Positions 34,247-42,281 of a stretch of 64,000 nucleotides of DNA are shown one piece after another. This DNA comes from an uncultured Coriobacteriales bacterium (GTDB lineage Bacteria; Actinomycetota; Coriobacteriia; Coriobacteriales; UMGS124): positions 91,244 through 155,243 of the forward strand of contig CABQHM010000001.1 of assembly GCA_902464015.1 (NCBI GenBank), read 5' to 3'. Made by a program: the position numbers and the translations under genes. Position 1 is the first letter of the stretch; each line of letters opens with the position of its first letter. The notes beneath the pieces were generated by a model. That model saw only the letters and a program-made list of their open reading frames with translations. It did not search any database and had not been told where the DNA came from.

Positions 34247-36673
34247 TTACAGCTCCATGTTGGGCACCGCGTCGGCGGTGAGGGGCGCCGTCTCGCCGCG
34301 GTCGAACTTGCGGCGGGCGACGAGGGCAATCATTGCGGCGTTGTCGGTGCAGGCCGAAAGCGGCGGCAGGGTCACCCGCACATGGCGGCGGCCAAACGCC
34401 TGCTTGAAGGCCTCACGCAGCTCGGGGTTGGCTGTGACGCCGCCGCCGGCGCAGAAGTCGGTGACATGGCACTCGCGCACCGCCGTGACGGCCTTTGCCA
34501 CCTGCACGTCGACGACGGCAGCCTCGAAGCTTGCGGCAAGGTCGGGCAGGTTGATGGCACGACCGGCGGCGTTCTCGGCGTTGATGTAGGTGACGACGGC
34601 CGTCTTGAGGCCCGACAGCGAGAAGCGGTAGTCGTGGCTGTGCAGCATCGCGCGTGGGAAGTCGATGGCCTTGGGGTTGCCCGTCTTGGCAAGGCGGGAG
34701 ATGATGGGGCCGCCGGGATAGCCCAGACCGAGCGCCTTGGCCACCTTGTCGAACGCCTCGCCCACCGCGTCATCGAGCGTCTCGCCCAGAATGCGGTAGT
34801 CACCCCAGTCGCGCACGTGCACGAGCATGGTGTGGCCACCCGACAGCAGGCTCGCCACGAACGGCGGCTCGAGGTCAGGCGTCTCAAAGAGGTTGGCGAA
34901 GAGATGTCCCTCGAGGTGGTTCACGCACACGAGGGGCTTGTCAGCCGCCCAGGCAAGACCCTTGGCAAATGCCATGCCCACGACAAGCGCACCGACAAGA
35001 CCCGGACCCTGCGTGACGGCAACGGCGGCCAGGTCGTGCGGGGAAAGCATGGCGCCCAAGCCGAGCGCCTCGCCTGCCTGCTCCATGGTCTCCAGGTAGA
35101 CGCCCACAACGGCCTCGGTGTGTTTGCGCGAGGCAATCTCGGGCACGACGCCGCCGAAGCGGGCGTGAAAGTCAATCTGAGTGGCAACGACGTTGGCGAT
35201 GATCTTGCCCGCGCCGTCGATGACGGCCATGGCCGTCTCGTCGCAGCTGCTCTCAACCGCCAAAATGAGCTCGCCGGCCGCCTTGAGAGCCTCGGCCTGC
35301 TCGGGCGTGCGCTCAGGATAGACGGGCGGCCACGCGCAGGAGCACGCCTGGGGGCCGGGCTCGACATCGGGGTTGGGGGCGGTGTCTTTGAGCGGAAGCT
35401 GCGCGGCCATGATGCGCGCACCCACGCCCGGAGCGTAGTAGTTGGGGCGAATGCCCTGCTCAACATAGCCAAGACGCTCGTAGAGACGCTCGGCGGGGGC
35501 GTTGCCCACCTCAACCTCGAGCGTTGAGGTTGTAACGCCGAGCATCTGGGCGTCGTAGGCAACGCGGCCCATGAGGCGCGCGGCGATGCGCTCGCCTCGA
35601 CGCTCGGGGGCAACGGCGACGTTTGCAATCTGCAGCTCGCCGTCCACGACGGTGCCGCCCGCATAGCCCACGATGGTGCCGCGGTCATGCGCCACCCACC
35701 AGATATGGCCGGGAAGGGCAACGTCGTCGTAGAACACGCTCTCAGGCCAGGGCGTGTGGTGGGCATCGGCGAAGACAGCCGCCTCGAGCGCTGCCACGGC
35801 AGCGACGTCATTGACGCTCATGGGGCGCAGCTGCAGGTGGATGTCGCCCAGGGCGTCGTCGACGCCGCTCACGCGCACGCTTTCGGGCTCGGGCATGCCC
35901 AGGCGGATGCGCTCGTTTTCCTCGGCGTCGGACAGGCGCGTGTAGACAGGCAGGACAAGCGCGGGGTCGCCAGTCTCGGCTGCATCGAAGCGCTGCGCCG
36001 CCAGGCTTGCGCGCAAAAGGCCCTCGCCACTGGGGTACCAGGCCTCTTCGGGGGCAAAGCGAGCAAAACCCGCCTCCGCGTAGAGCGCGCGGTACTTGGC
36101 GATGCCGTCACCGGCAAGCACGATGTCGCCGGCGTCGGCACGACCGGCCCACAGGGCCACGGCGTCGGGGACCTTCATCACCGACTCGCTGGCAAACAGG
36201 CGATGTGCGCCCTCGTCGTCGACGCGATAGAGGCCGGGGTAGACCTCCTTGCGCATGGCATCGCCCACGACGCCCACTAGGCCGCGCACACCGCGGCGCC
36301 ACACGCCCCAGGCCACGGCGTCGAGCGTGGAGGTGCCGTGCAGCGCGACCTCAAGGCCACATGCCACGCCCTTGGCAGTCGCCACGCCGATGCGCACGCC
36401 CGTGAAGGAGCCCGGGCCCGTGCCCGTGAGCACCGCGTCGACCTCGTCGCGCTTCATGCCGCACTGGGCAAGCATGCCGTCAATCACGCTCACGAGCTGT
36501 TCGTTTGCGTGTCGGCGGCACATCTGGTCGGCGCTGGCGATCATCTCCAAGCCACAGGGGCTTCCCGCCTCGTCGACCTCCATGCGGCCCAAAGCGCAAG
36601 CCAGCATGTCGGTCGAGGTGTCAACGGCCAGAATGTTCCATGCGCACGGGGCGCCTTGCTTTACAGCATTCAC
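34247..36673 (-). CDS. tsaD: Triple-fusion protein TsaB - RimI - TsaD (t6A threonylcarbamoyl-transfer dimerisation partner, ribosomal-protein-alanine N-acetyltransferase, tRNA N6-adenosine threonylcarbamoyltransferase)
   Basis: A single 808-codon frame starting at a GTG. aa 12-250: ILAVDTST..GTGPGSFTGVRIG (TsaB). aa ~278-425: GNAT motif IANVAVAPERRGERIAARLM (RimI). aa ~468-808: LAVESSCDET..GGVVPEIASRKH..SGGHT..GYPGGP (TsaD). Confidence 0.8.
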   Translation of the reverse strand: MNAVKQGAPCAWNILAVDTSTDMLACALGRMEVDEAGSPCGLEMIASADQMCRRHANEQLVSVIDGMLAQCGMKRDEVDAVLTGTGPGSFTGVRIGVATAKGVACGLEVALHGTSTLDAVAWGVWRRGVRGLVGVVGDAMRKEVYPGLYRVDDEGAHRLFASESVMKVPDAVALWAGRADAGDIVLAGDGIAKYRALYAEAGFARFAPEEAWYPSGEGLLRASLAAQRFDAAETGDPALVLPVYTRLSDAEENERIRLGMPEPESVRVSGVDDALGDIHLQLRPMSVNDVAAVAALEAAVFADAHHTPWPESVFYDDVALPGHIWWVAHDRGTIVGYAGGTVVDGELQIANVAVAPERRGERIAARLMGRVAYDAQMLGVTTSTLEVEVGNAPAERLYERLGYVEQGIRPNYYAPGVGARIMAAQLPLKDTAPNPDVEPGPQACSCAWPPVYPERTPEQAEALKAAGELILAVESSCDETAMAVIDGAGKIIANVVATQIDFHARFGGVVPEIASRKHTEAVVGVYLETMEQAGEALGLGAMLSPHDLAAVAVTQGPGLVGALVVGMAFAKGLAWAADKPLVCVNHLEGHLFANLFETPDLEPPFVASLLSGGHTMLVHVRDWGDYRILGETLDDAVGEAFDKVAKALGLGYPGGPIISRLAKTGNPKAIDFPRAMLHSHDYRFSLSGLKTAVVTYINAENAAGRAINLPDLAASFEAAVVDVQVAKAVTAVRECHVTDFCAGGGVTANPELREAFKQAFGRRHVRVTLPPLSACTDNAAMIALVARRKFDRGETAPLTADAVPNMEL

Positions 36674-36741
36674 GTTCGATGCGTGCCTTTCGTCTTCGTC
36701 TTACCGCAGCGCCCGATGGCGCCGAGCCTTGTATCCCAAGC

Positions 36742-37266
36742 TTACAGGGAAAGCGCGTTGCGCTCAAACGCATGGGCAAGCTGGGCTGCCCTCTCCCCTG
36801 CTGCCGACAGTTCCACCACGCGCGCGGGCTCGGCGGCATCGGCACCCACGGGCTCGCGCGTGATGCGCACCTCAAGATGCTCGTCGCCCAATTCCTCGGC
36901 AAACATTTCCGCCCACTCTATGAGGCAGGCGCCGTCGTCCTCGAGGGCCTCGAACACGCCCACATCCTCAAGCTGGTCTGCGCTCTCGAGCCTGTAGAGG
37001 TCGAAGTGGAACAGCGGCATGCGCCCGGCGTCATGGACGCACATGATTTGAAACGTCGGGCTTGTGACAGGGCCCGCGTCGCCCAACCCGGCCGCCACGC
37101 CTCCCGTGAAGCACGTCTTGCCCGCGCCGAGGTCGCCGGTGAGAAAGACGACGTCGCCGGGCTCAAGGGCGCGGCCCAGCGCCTCGCCAAGGACACGCAT
37201 GGCTTGTGAGCTGGCACAACGGAAGCGACCGGGGCCCAGGACCTCAGGGGTTTCTTGCTGACTCAC
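36742..37266 (-). CDS. tsaE: tRNA t6A biosynthesis ATPase TsaE
   Basis: LTGDLGAGKTCF P-loop, SPTFQIM, FHFDLYRL. GTG start overlapping the udg stop (GTGA). Confidence 0.85.
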   Translation of the reverse strand: MSQQETPEVLGPGRFRCASSQAMRVLGEALGRALEPGDVVFLTGDLGAGKTCFTGGVAAGLGDAGPVTSPTFQIMCVHDAGRMPLFHFDLYRLESADQLEDVGVFEALEDDGACLIEWAEMFAEELGDEHLEVRITREPVGADAAEPARVVELSAAGERAAQLAHAFERNALSL

Positions 37267-37910
37267 CGAGCTTGCTCCTTTCCGGGGGCGGCAAGGCCCT
37301 CGGGCCTCACTTCGCCGCGCACAATCTGGCCCATGAGCCTAAAGTCGGCCTCAAGCGCCTCCATCTTGAACGGGTCGCGCAACACGGCCGCCGGGTGGAA
37401 CGTGGGCAGCACGTAGAAATGGCCCGTCTTGAACACCTTGCCGCGCAGGTGCGTGATGCCCGCCTCGGTGCGCAAGATAAAGCGCGTCGCCGGGTTGCCC
37501 ATCGGCATGATGACGTCGGGCCAGATGCTGCGAATCTGCTCACGTAGATAGGGCGAGCAGAGCTGGACCTCGTCGGGCCGGGGGTCGCGGTTGCCCGGTG
37601 GGCGGCACTTGAGGACGTTGGCGATGTAGACGTCCTCGCGGGGCATGAGCGCGGCCTGCGCAAGCATGCGGTCGAGCAACTCGCCGGCACGGCCCACGAA
37701 CGGCAGGCCCTGCTCGTCCTCGTTGGCACCCGGTGCCTCTCCCACAAGAACCACCCGGGCGTCTTGAGACCCCGTTCCAAAGACGATGTTGCGCCGCGTC
37801 TCGCACAACGGGCACAAGCGGCAGTCACCCAGCGCCGAGCGAATCTCCTCCAGCTTGACCTCACGGGCGTGAGGCGACGGATGACCAGGTATCTTCAAGA
37901 CGCAAGGCAT
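37263..37910 (-). CDS. udg: Uracil-DNA glycosylase, family 4
   Basis: C.LC..R (CRLCPLCETRRNIVFG), VLVGEAPGANEDEQGLPFVGRAG, NVLKCRPPGNR and HPAAVLR. Confidence 0.85.
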   Translation of the reverse strand: MPCVLKIPGHPSPHAREVKLEEIRSALGDCRLCPLCETRRNIVFGTGSQDARVVLVGEAPGANEDEQGLPFVGRAGELLDRMLAQAALMPREDVYIANVLKCRPPGNRDPRPDEVQLCSPYLREQIRSIWPDVIMPMGNPATRFILRTEAGITHLRGKVFKTGHFYVLPTFHPAAVLRDPFKMEALEADFRLMGQIVRGEVRPEGLAAPGKEQAR

Positions 37911-37973
37911 GGTTGCACGACCTTTTCCCTGTTCAGGTGCCCAAGGGCCGCCGTTGCGACGGCCCCGGGAACG

Positions 37974-39140
37974 CTAGACGTACACCTTGGGCAGACGGAT
38001 GTCGAAAAGACAGGCAACCTCGTAGTTGATGGTGCCCATCTTCTCGGCAAGCTCCTCGATGCTCACAAACTCGTCGCCGTCGGAACCCACCAAGGTCACG
38101 ACGTCGCCCTCCTCAACGGGCTTGAAGCCGTCGGCGCCCGCCGCAAGCTCGGGCGGGACCTCAAACATGCACTGGTCCATGCAGATGTTGCCCACCTGGC
38201 GCAGGCGACGACCCTGGCAGAGCACCGAGAGGTTGTTGCTGTACACGCGCGACAGGCCGTCGGCATAGCCCACAGGGATGGTGCAGACCTGTGTGCCCTC
38301 ATGGGCGATGCGGTACGTCATGCCGTAGCCCACGCCCTCCCCCACGTTGGGCTGCACGGCACGGGTCACGCGGGCGCGCACGCTCATGGCCTGGGTGAGC
38401 TCGAGCTTGTCGCGCGTGGTGTCGGCCGGATGCAGGCCGTAGAGACCCACGCCCACGCGCACCATGTCGAAATGGTACTCGGGATGTAGCACCGTGGTGG
38501 GCGTGTTTGCGCAGTGCACGATGCCCGGGTCGATCCCTGCGGCGCGGATGGATGCCACCGCGTCCTGGAAGCGTCGCGCCTGGACGGTGAAGTCCCAGTC
38601 GGTGATGCGGTCGGCCGTGGCAAAGTGCGTGAACGTGCCGTCGACCTCGACGCCGAGCAGCTTGTCGGCCATGCGCATGAACTCGGCCGCGCAGTCAGGC
38701 GCGACGCCGATGCGGTCCATGCCCGTGTCGATGGCAAGGTGATAGCGGGCCTTCGTGCCCTGGGCAAGGGCCTCCTCGGAGAGCCTGCCCAGAAACTCGA
38801 GGTCATAGACGGCAGGCATGATACGGTGCTCGACAAGGGTGCCCACCGAGGAGATCGGGGGCTGGGCCAGCATGATGATGGGTTCGGTGATGCCGCCCTC
38901 GCGCAGGCGCACGCCTTCGGCGACCGTGGCGACGGCGAACATGTCCACACCCACGCTGCGCAGCGCCTGGGCGACGCGCACGGAACCATGACCATAGGCG
39001 TTGGCCTTCACGACCGCGCAGAAACGCGTGGGAGGCTGCGTGAACGACTTCCACGCACGGGCGTTCTTCTTTATGGCCTCCAGGTCGACCTCGACCCAAG
39101 CCCAACGGTCCTGTGGAAGCAGACGCTCATCTGGTAACAC
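37974..39140 (-). CDS. alr: Alanine racemase
   Basis: AVVKANAYGHG (PLP Lys), RIGVGLYG-type segment VGVGLYGL, GYADG. GTG start with GAGGAGG 4-5 nt upstream. Confidence 0.9.
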   Translation of the reverse strand: MLPDERLLPQDRWAWVEVDLEAIKKNARAWKSFTQPPTRFCAVVKANAYGHGSVRVAQALRSVGVDMFAVATVAEGVRLREGGITEPIIMLAQPPISSVGTLVEHRIMPAVYDLEFLGRLSEEALAQGTKARYHLAIDTGMDRIGVAPDCAAEFMRMADKLLGVEVDGTFTHFATADRITDWDFTVQARRFQDAVASIRAAGIDPGIVHCANTPTTVLHPEYHFDMVRVGVGLYGLHPADTTRDKLELTQAMSVRARVTRAVQPNVGEGVGYGMTYRIAHEGTQVCTIPVGYADGLSRVYSNNLSVLCQGRRLRQVGNICMDQCMFEVPPELAAGADGFKPVEEGDVVTLVGSDGDEFVSIEELAEKMGTINYEVACLFDIRLPKVYV

Positions 39141-39219
39141 GGTTCCTCCTCACTGGCGCGTCGTCGTTGGCGTGCGCGCGAATGCAAAACTGCAAATCGG
39201 ACAGTATAGCGCGCGGTCG

Positions 39220-41781
39220 TTACTTCTTGCGGCGAACACGATGGGCGCGAGGACGTTCCTGCACGGGCGTCACCTCATCTTCGCCGGCGCGCATCGTGGC
39301 ACGCTCATGAAACTCCTCCAGACGCGTCCGGCTTTCCTGACGCTGCCTGACATCGGGGCTCAAGTGCTCGGAGGAATCCGATACGGCCTGCTCGGACTCG
39401 CGCGCGGTGGCTGCCTGCGCCGTGGCACGGGCAATGTCTTCCAACGTGAGTGCGGGCATGACCGTAGTGGCGCATGCCGACGCAGGCATGGGCTTGGCCT
39501 GCGAGGAGGACGCCACTTGGCTCAGGAAAGCAGGGACGCCTGCGGGAGCCACCGGGGCCTGTTGCTCGACGGCACCCGCTTCAGCAGCGGAGGCCGCGTC
39601 GTTTGCACGTGCTTCCTTGTCGCTCCCCTCATCGGCCTTCGCCCTCTCGACCTTGGCAAGGAAGGCCGGGACGGCGCCCGTCTGAGCCGCCTTGGGGGCG
39701 GCGGGAACGACGGGCTTGGACAAGGACGGATCCTCGCCGGCCTGGACGACCTGGGCGGGGCGCTTGGGGGCAACGGTGGCACCGATGGCGGCAAGGAACG
39801 ACGGGATGCCCGCCGAAAGCTTCGCCGCCTTGGGCGCACTGGCTGTGGGGGCGTCGCCTTCCTCGACCGTCTCGCAGGCGACGGGCTTCTCGTCAGGCTC
39901 AGGCTCGCCCATCTCGCCGGCCTGCTCGGAGGCGTCCTCGACGTCTTCGACGTCCTCGGAATCCTCCTGCTCGGAGGCGTCCTCGTCGACGTCGTCGAGC
40001 TCGGGCTCGTCGAGATCTCCCTCGTAGGCGTGCACCTCGCCGGGAACCACAGGCTTGCGCACGGCGGCCTCGGCGGTGATCGAGTCGGTCACCTCGGGGG
40101 CGAGCGCAAGCTTCGGCTCGTCGTCAAGCTCGTCGTCGCCAGCCGCGGGGTCGGCATTGGCCGCAAGCACCGCGTGGGCGTACACGTCGTCGAACGCCAC
40201 GCCCACGAGGTCGATGAGGTCGGTCGCGATGACGCCGCGGGTGCCCACGCGCTTCACGGCCGCATCGGCCGCACGGGCCTGGATGCGCAGGGCCGCCGCA
40301 AGCATGAGCGCCAAGTCGGCCGAACCAACCTCGTCAGCGCCGAGGTCGCTCACCTGCTGGGAAAGAAGGCCAGCCACGATACCGGCGAGCACGTCGCCCG
40401 TACCTGCGGTGCCCAGGGCCGAGGGGCCGGCCTTGGGCACAAGCGTGGTCTCAATGCACGACACACAGCTCGTGGCGGCCTTTGCAACGACGGCGAAGTT
40501 GGACGAGCCCACCGCCCAGGCAAGGCTTTGGGCGGCATCCATCAGGTCGGTCAGGCAGCAGATGGAGCCCGTCTCCTTGCCGAGCAGGCGCGCCAGCTCG
40601 CGGGCATGGGGCGTGAGCACGAGCGGGGCCTCGCGGCGAAGGGCGTTGGGATGCACGTCGGCGTTGCCCAGGCAGATGCTGGCAGCGACGTTGAGCGCGT
40701 CGGCGTCGAGCACGAGGGGCGCCGACGATGCAATGAGGGCGCGCACGACCTCGCCGGCGCCAAACGAGGTGCCCATGCCGGGACCTGCGAGAACGCAGTC
40801 GGCCTTGGCGGCAAGATCGGACAGCTCCTGTGCGGCCGCGGCCTCAAACGTGCCGTCTTGCGCGGCAGGCAGGCCCACCACGGGAATGCTGAGGAGATGT
40901 GCCTGCGCAATGGGCACCACGGGCGCGGGAACGGCAAGCGTCACGTAGCCGGCGCCGCTGCGAGCCGCGGCCTTGGCCGCCATGATGGCCGCGCCGGGGA
41001 ACCGCGTCGAGCCCGCCACGACAAGGACGCGGCCGTGGCCGTACTTGTCGGCAAACTCGTCGCGCTCCGGCAGGGCGTCGAGGTAGTCGGCCTCGCCGAG
41101 CAGGTAGGCGCCCGCGGTGTCGGCAAGCTCCTCGGAGCCCTCGTCGTCGCCCACAAGGCTCGCCACCACAAGCTGGCCGGACGCCTGCTTGCCGAGGCCG
41201 GCGATGAGACCGGGCTTAAGGGCGAACATGGTGAGCGTCGTGTCAGCCTGGAAGAAGGGGCCTTCCGCCTCGCCCGTCGCGGCGTTGATGCCGCTGGGGA
41301 CGTCGACCGAGAGCACCATGCCCTCGAAATAGTCGTCGACGACCTCGACCCACATGTCGAACGGCTCGGACATCGCGCCCTTGAAACCCGTGCCGAACAC
41401 CGCGTCGATGACGACGTCGGCCTCCACCAGCAGGGCCGCGAGCTCCTCGTAGTCGGGTGCCACATGGACGGGGATACCGACGGTGCAGGCGCGCTGGGCT
41501 GCCTGGTGCGCCGCGGCGCTGCGGATGAGCGAGGGCTCGGCGGCAGTGACGACGTTGACCTCGAGACCGTGTCCGGCCAGGTAGTCAGCCGCCACCCAGC
41601 CGTCGCCGCCGTTGTTGCCTGGGCCGCAGAGCACAACGACGGCGCCCTGGTCGACCTCGCGCATGGCCTGCTGGGCGACGACCGTGCCCGCTCGGCGCAT
41701 GAGCTCGGCAGCATCGACGCCGCGCTGCTCAATGGCGGCCTCGAGTCCGGGTACATCGCGCACGTTCAGAACCGGCTGCAT
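39220..41781 (-). CDS. nnr: Bifunctional NAD(P)H-hydrate repair enzyme Nnr (epimerase + ADP-dependent dehydratase) with a ~330-aa low-complexity C-terminal extension
   Basis: LCGPGNNGGDG (YjeF_N), YGHGRVLVVAGS..GAAIMAA.. and TAGTGDVLAG (YjeF_C). A normal enzyme ends near aa 520. aa 545-853 are acidic and Ala/Pro-rich and carry three [IV]P[SA]FL motifs. Confidence 0.85.
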   Translation of the reverse strand: MQPVLNVRDVPGLEAAIEQRGVDAAELMRRAGTVVAQQAMREVDQGAVVVLCGPGNNGGDGWVAADYLAGHGLEVNVVTAAEPSLIRSAAAHQAAQRACTVGIPVHVAPDYEELAALLVEADVVIDAVFGTGFKGAMSEPFDMWVEVVDDYFEGMVLSVDVPSGINAATGEAEGPFFQADTTLTMFALKPGLIAGLGKQASGQLVVASLVGDDEGSEELADTAGAYLLGEADYLDALPERDEFADKYGHGRVLVVAGSTRFPGAAIMAAKAAARSGAGYVTLAVPAPVVPIAQAHLLSIPVVGLPAAQDGTFEAAAAQELSDLAAKADCVLAGPGMGTSFGAGEVVRALIASSAPLVLDADALNVAASICLGNADVHPNALRREAPLVLTPHARELARLLGKETGSICCLTDLMDAAQSLAWAVGSSNFAVVAKAATSCVSCIETTLVPKAGPSALGTAGTGDVLAGIVAGLLSQQVSDLGADEVGSADLALMLAAALRIQARAADAAVKRVGTRGVIATDLIDLVGVAFDDVYAHAVLAANADPAAGDDELDDEPKLALAPEVTDSITAEAAVRKPVVPGEVHAYEGDLDEPELDDVDEDASEQEDSEDVEDVEDASEQAGEMGEPEPDEKPVACETVEEGDAPTASAPKAAKLSAGIPSFLAAIGATVAPKRPAQVVQAGEDPSLSKPVVPAAPKAAQTGAVPAFLAKVERAKADEGSDKEARANDAASAAEAGAVEQQAPVAPAGVPAFLSQVASSSQAKPMPASACATTVMPALTLEDIARATAQAATARESEQAVSDSSEHLSPDVRQRQESRTRLEEFHERATMRAGEDEVTPVQERPRAHRVRRKK

Positions 41782-41791
41782 TGCATCACTC

Positions 41792-42271
41792 TCATTCTTG
41801 TGTGTCGAGCTCGTCCAAAAGCGAACGAACCTGCTTGAACTGCTGCGCTATCTGCGCTTTCTCGTCTTTCACATCGCGGGGGCGGGGCGGTTGGGACTCC
41901 TCGTCGGCCGCGAGGGCGTTGGCAATTGCAAGCCCGCCGGTGTGGGAGATGGAAAGGAAGACCTCGCTTATACCCTGGCTGGCGGCCGCTTCCTTGGCAC
42001 CACCCTCCAGGCGCGCCACGGGGCGGCCCTTGGAATCGTGGTCGACCCACACGTCGGCAAAGCCCACGCCCGAACCAAAGCCGGTGCCGAGCGCCTTGAG
42101 CACCGCCTCGCGGGCAGCGAAGAAACCCGCATAGGTCACGAACGGGTCACGGCGCCTGCTCGCCCACTCGCGTTCCTTCGGGGTAAAGACGCGCTCCTCA
42201 AAACGAGGCGTACGTTGAAGGATCTGTTTGATACGGTCAATCTCGACGATGTCGACGCCGATACCTGCCAC
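41792..42271 (-). CDS. acpS: Holo-[acyl-carrier-protein] synthase
   Basis: GIGVDIVEIDRI, FTPKE, EAVLKALG and SISHT. I prefer the GTG at 42271, which has 6-nt spacing to AGAGGA; the track start is the GTG at 42277. Has a ~35-aa C-terminal extension. Confidence 0.85.
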   Translation of the reverse strand: MAGIGVDIVEIDRIKQILQRTPRFEERVFTPKEREWASRRRDPFVTYAGFFAAREAVLKALGTGFGSGVGFADVWVDHDSKGRPVARLEGGAKEAAASQGISEVFLSISHTGGLAIANALAADEESQPPRPRDVKDEKAQIAQQFKQVRSLLDELDTQE

Positions 42272-42281
42272 GTACACTCCT

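Noticed and set aside
39001-41838. Very long plus-strand ORF (945 aa) and similar long ORFs: 25252-27633 (793 aa), 42228-44177 (649 aa), 50471-53176 (901 aa), 60198-62315 (705 aa), 28770-30446 (558 aa), 34106-35527 (473 aa) and 3020-4282 (420 aa).
   Set aside because: Each lies exactly antisense to a gene with textbook motifs (nnr, rlmKL, glmS, ccmF, DUF1385/SurA-like, degV/hpf, tsaD, cbiK). Their translations are Gly/Arg/Ala/His/Val/Asp-rich with no recognisable domain. Stop-free antisense frames are expected at about 65% GC.
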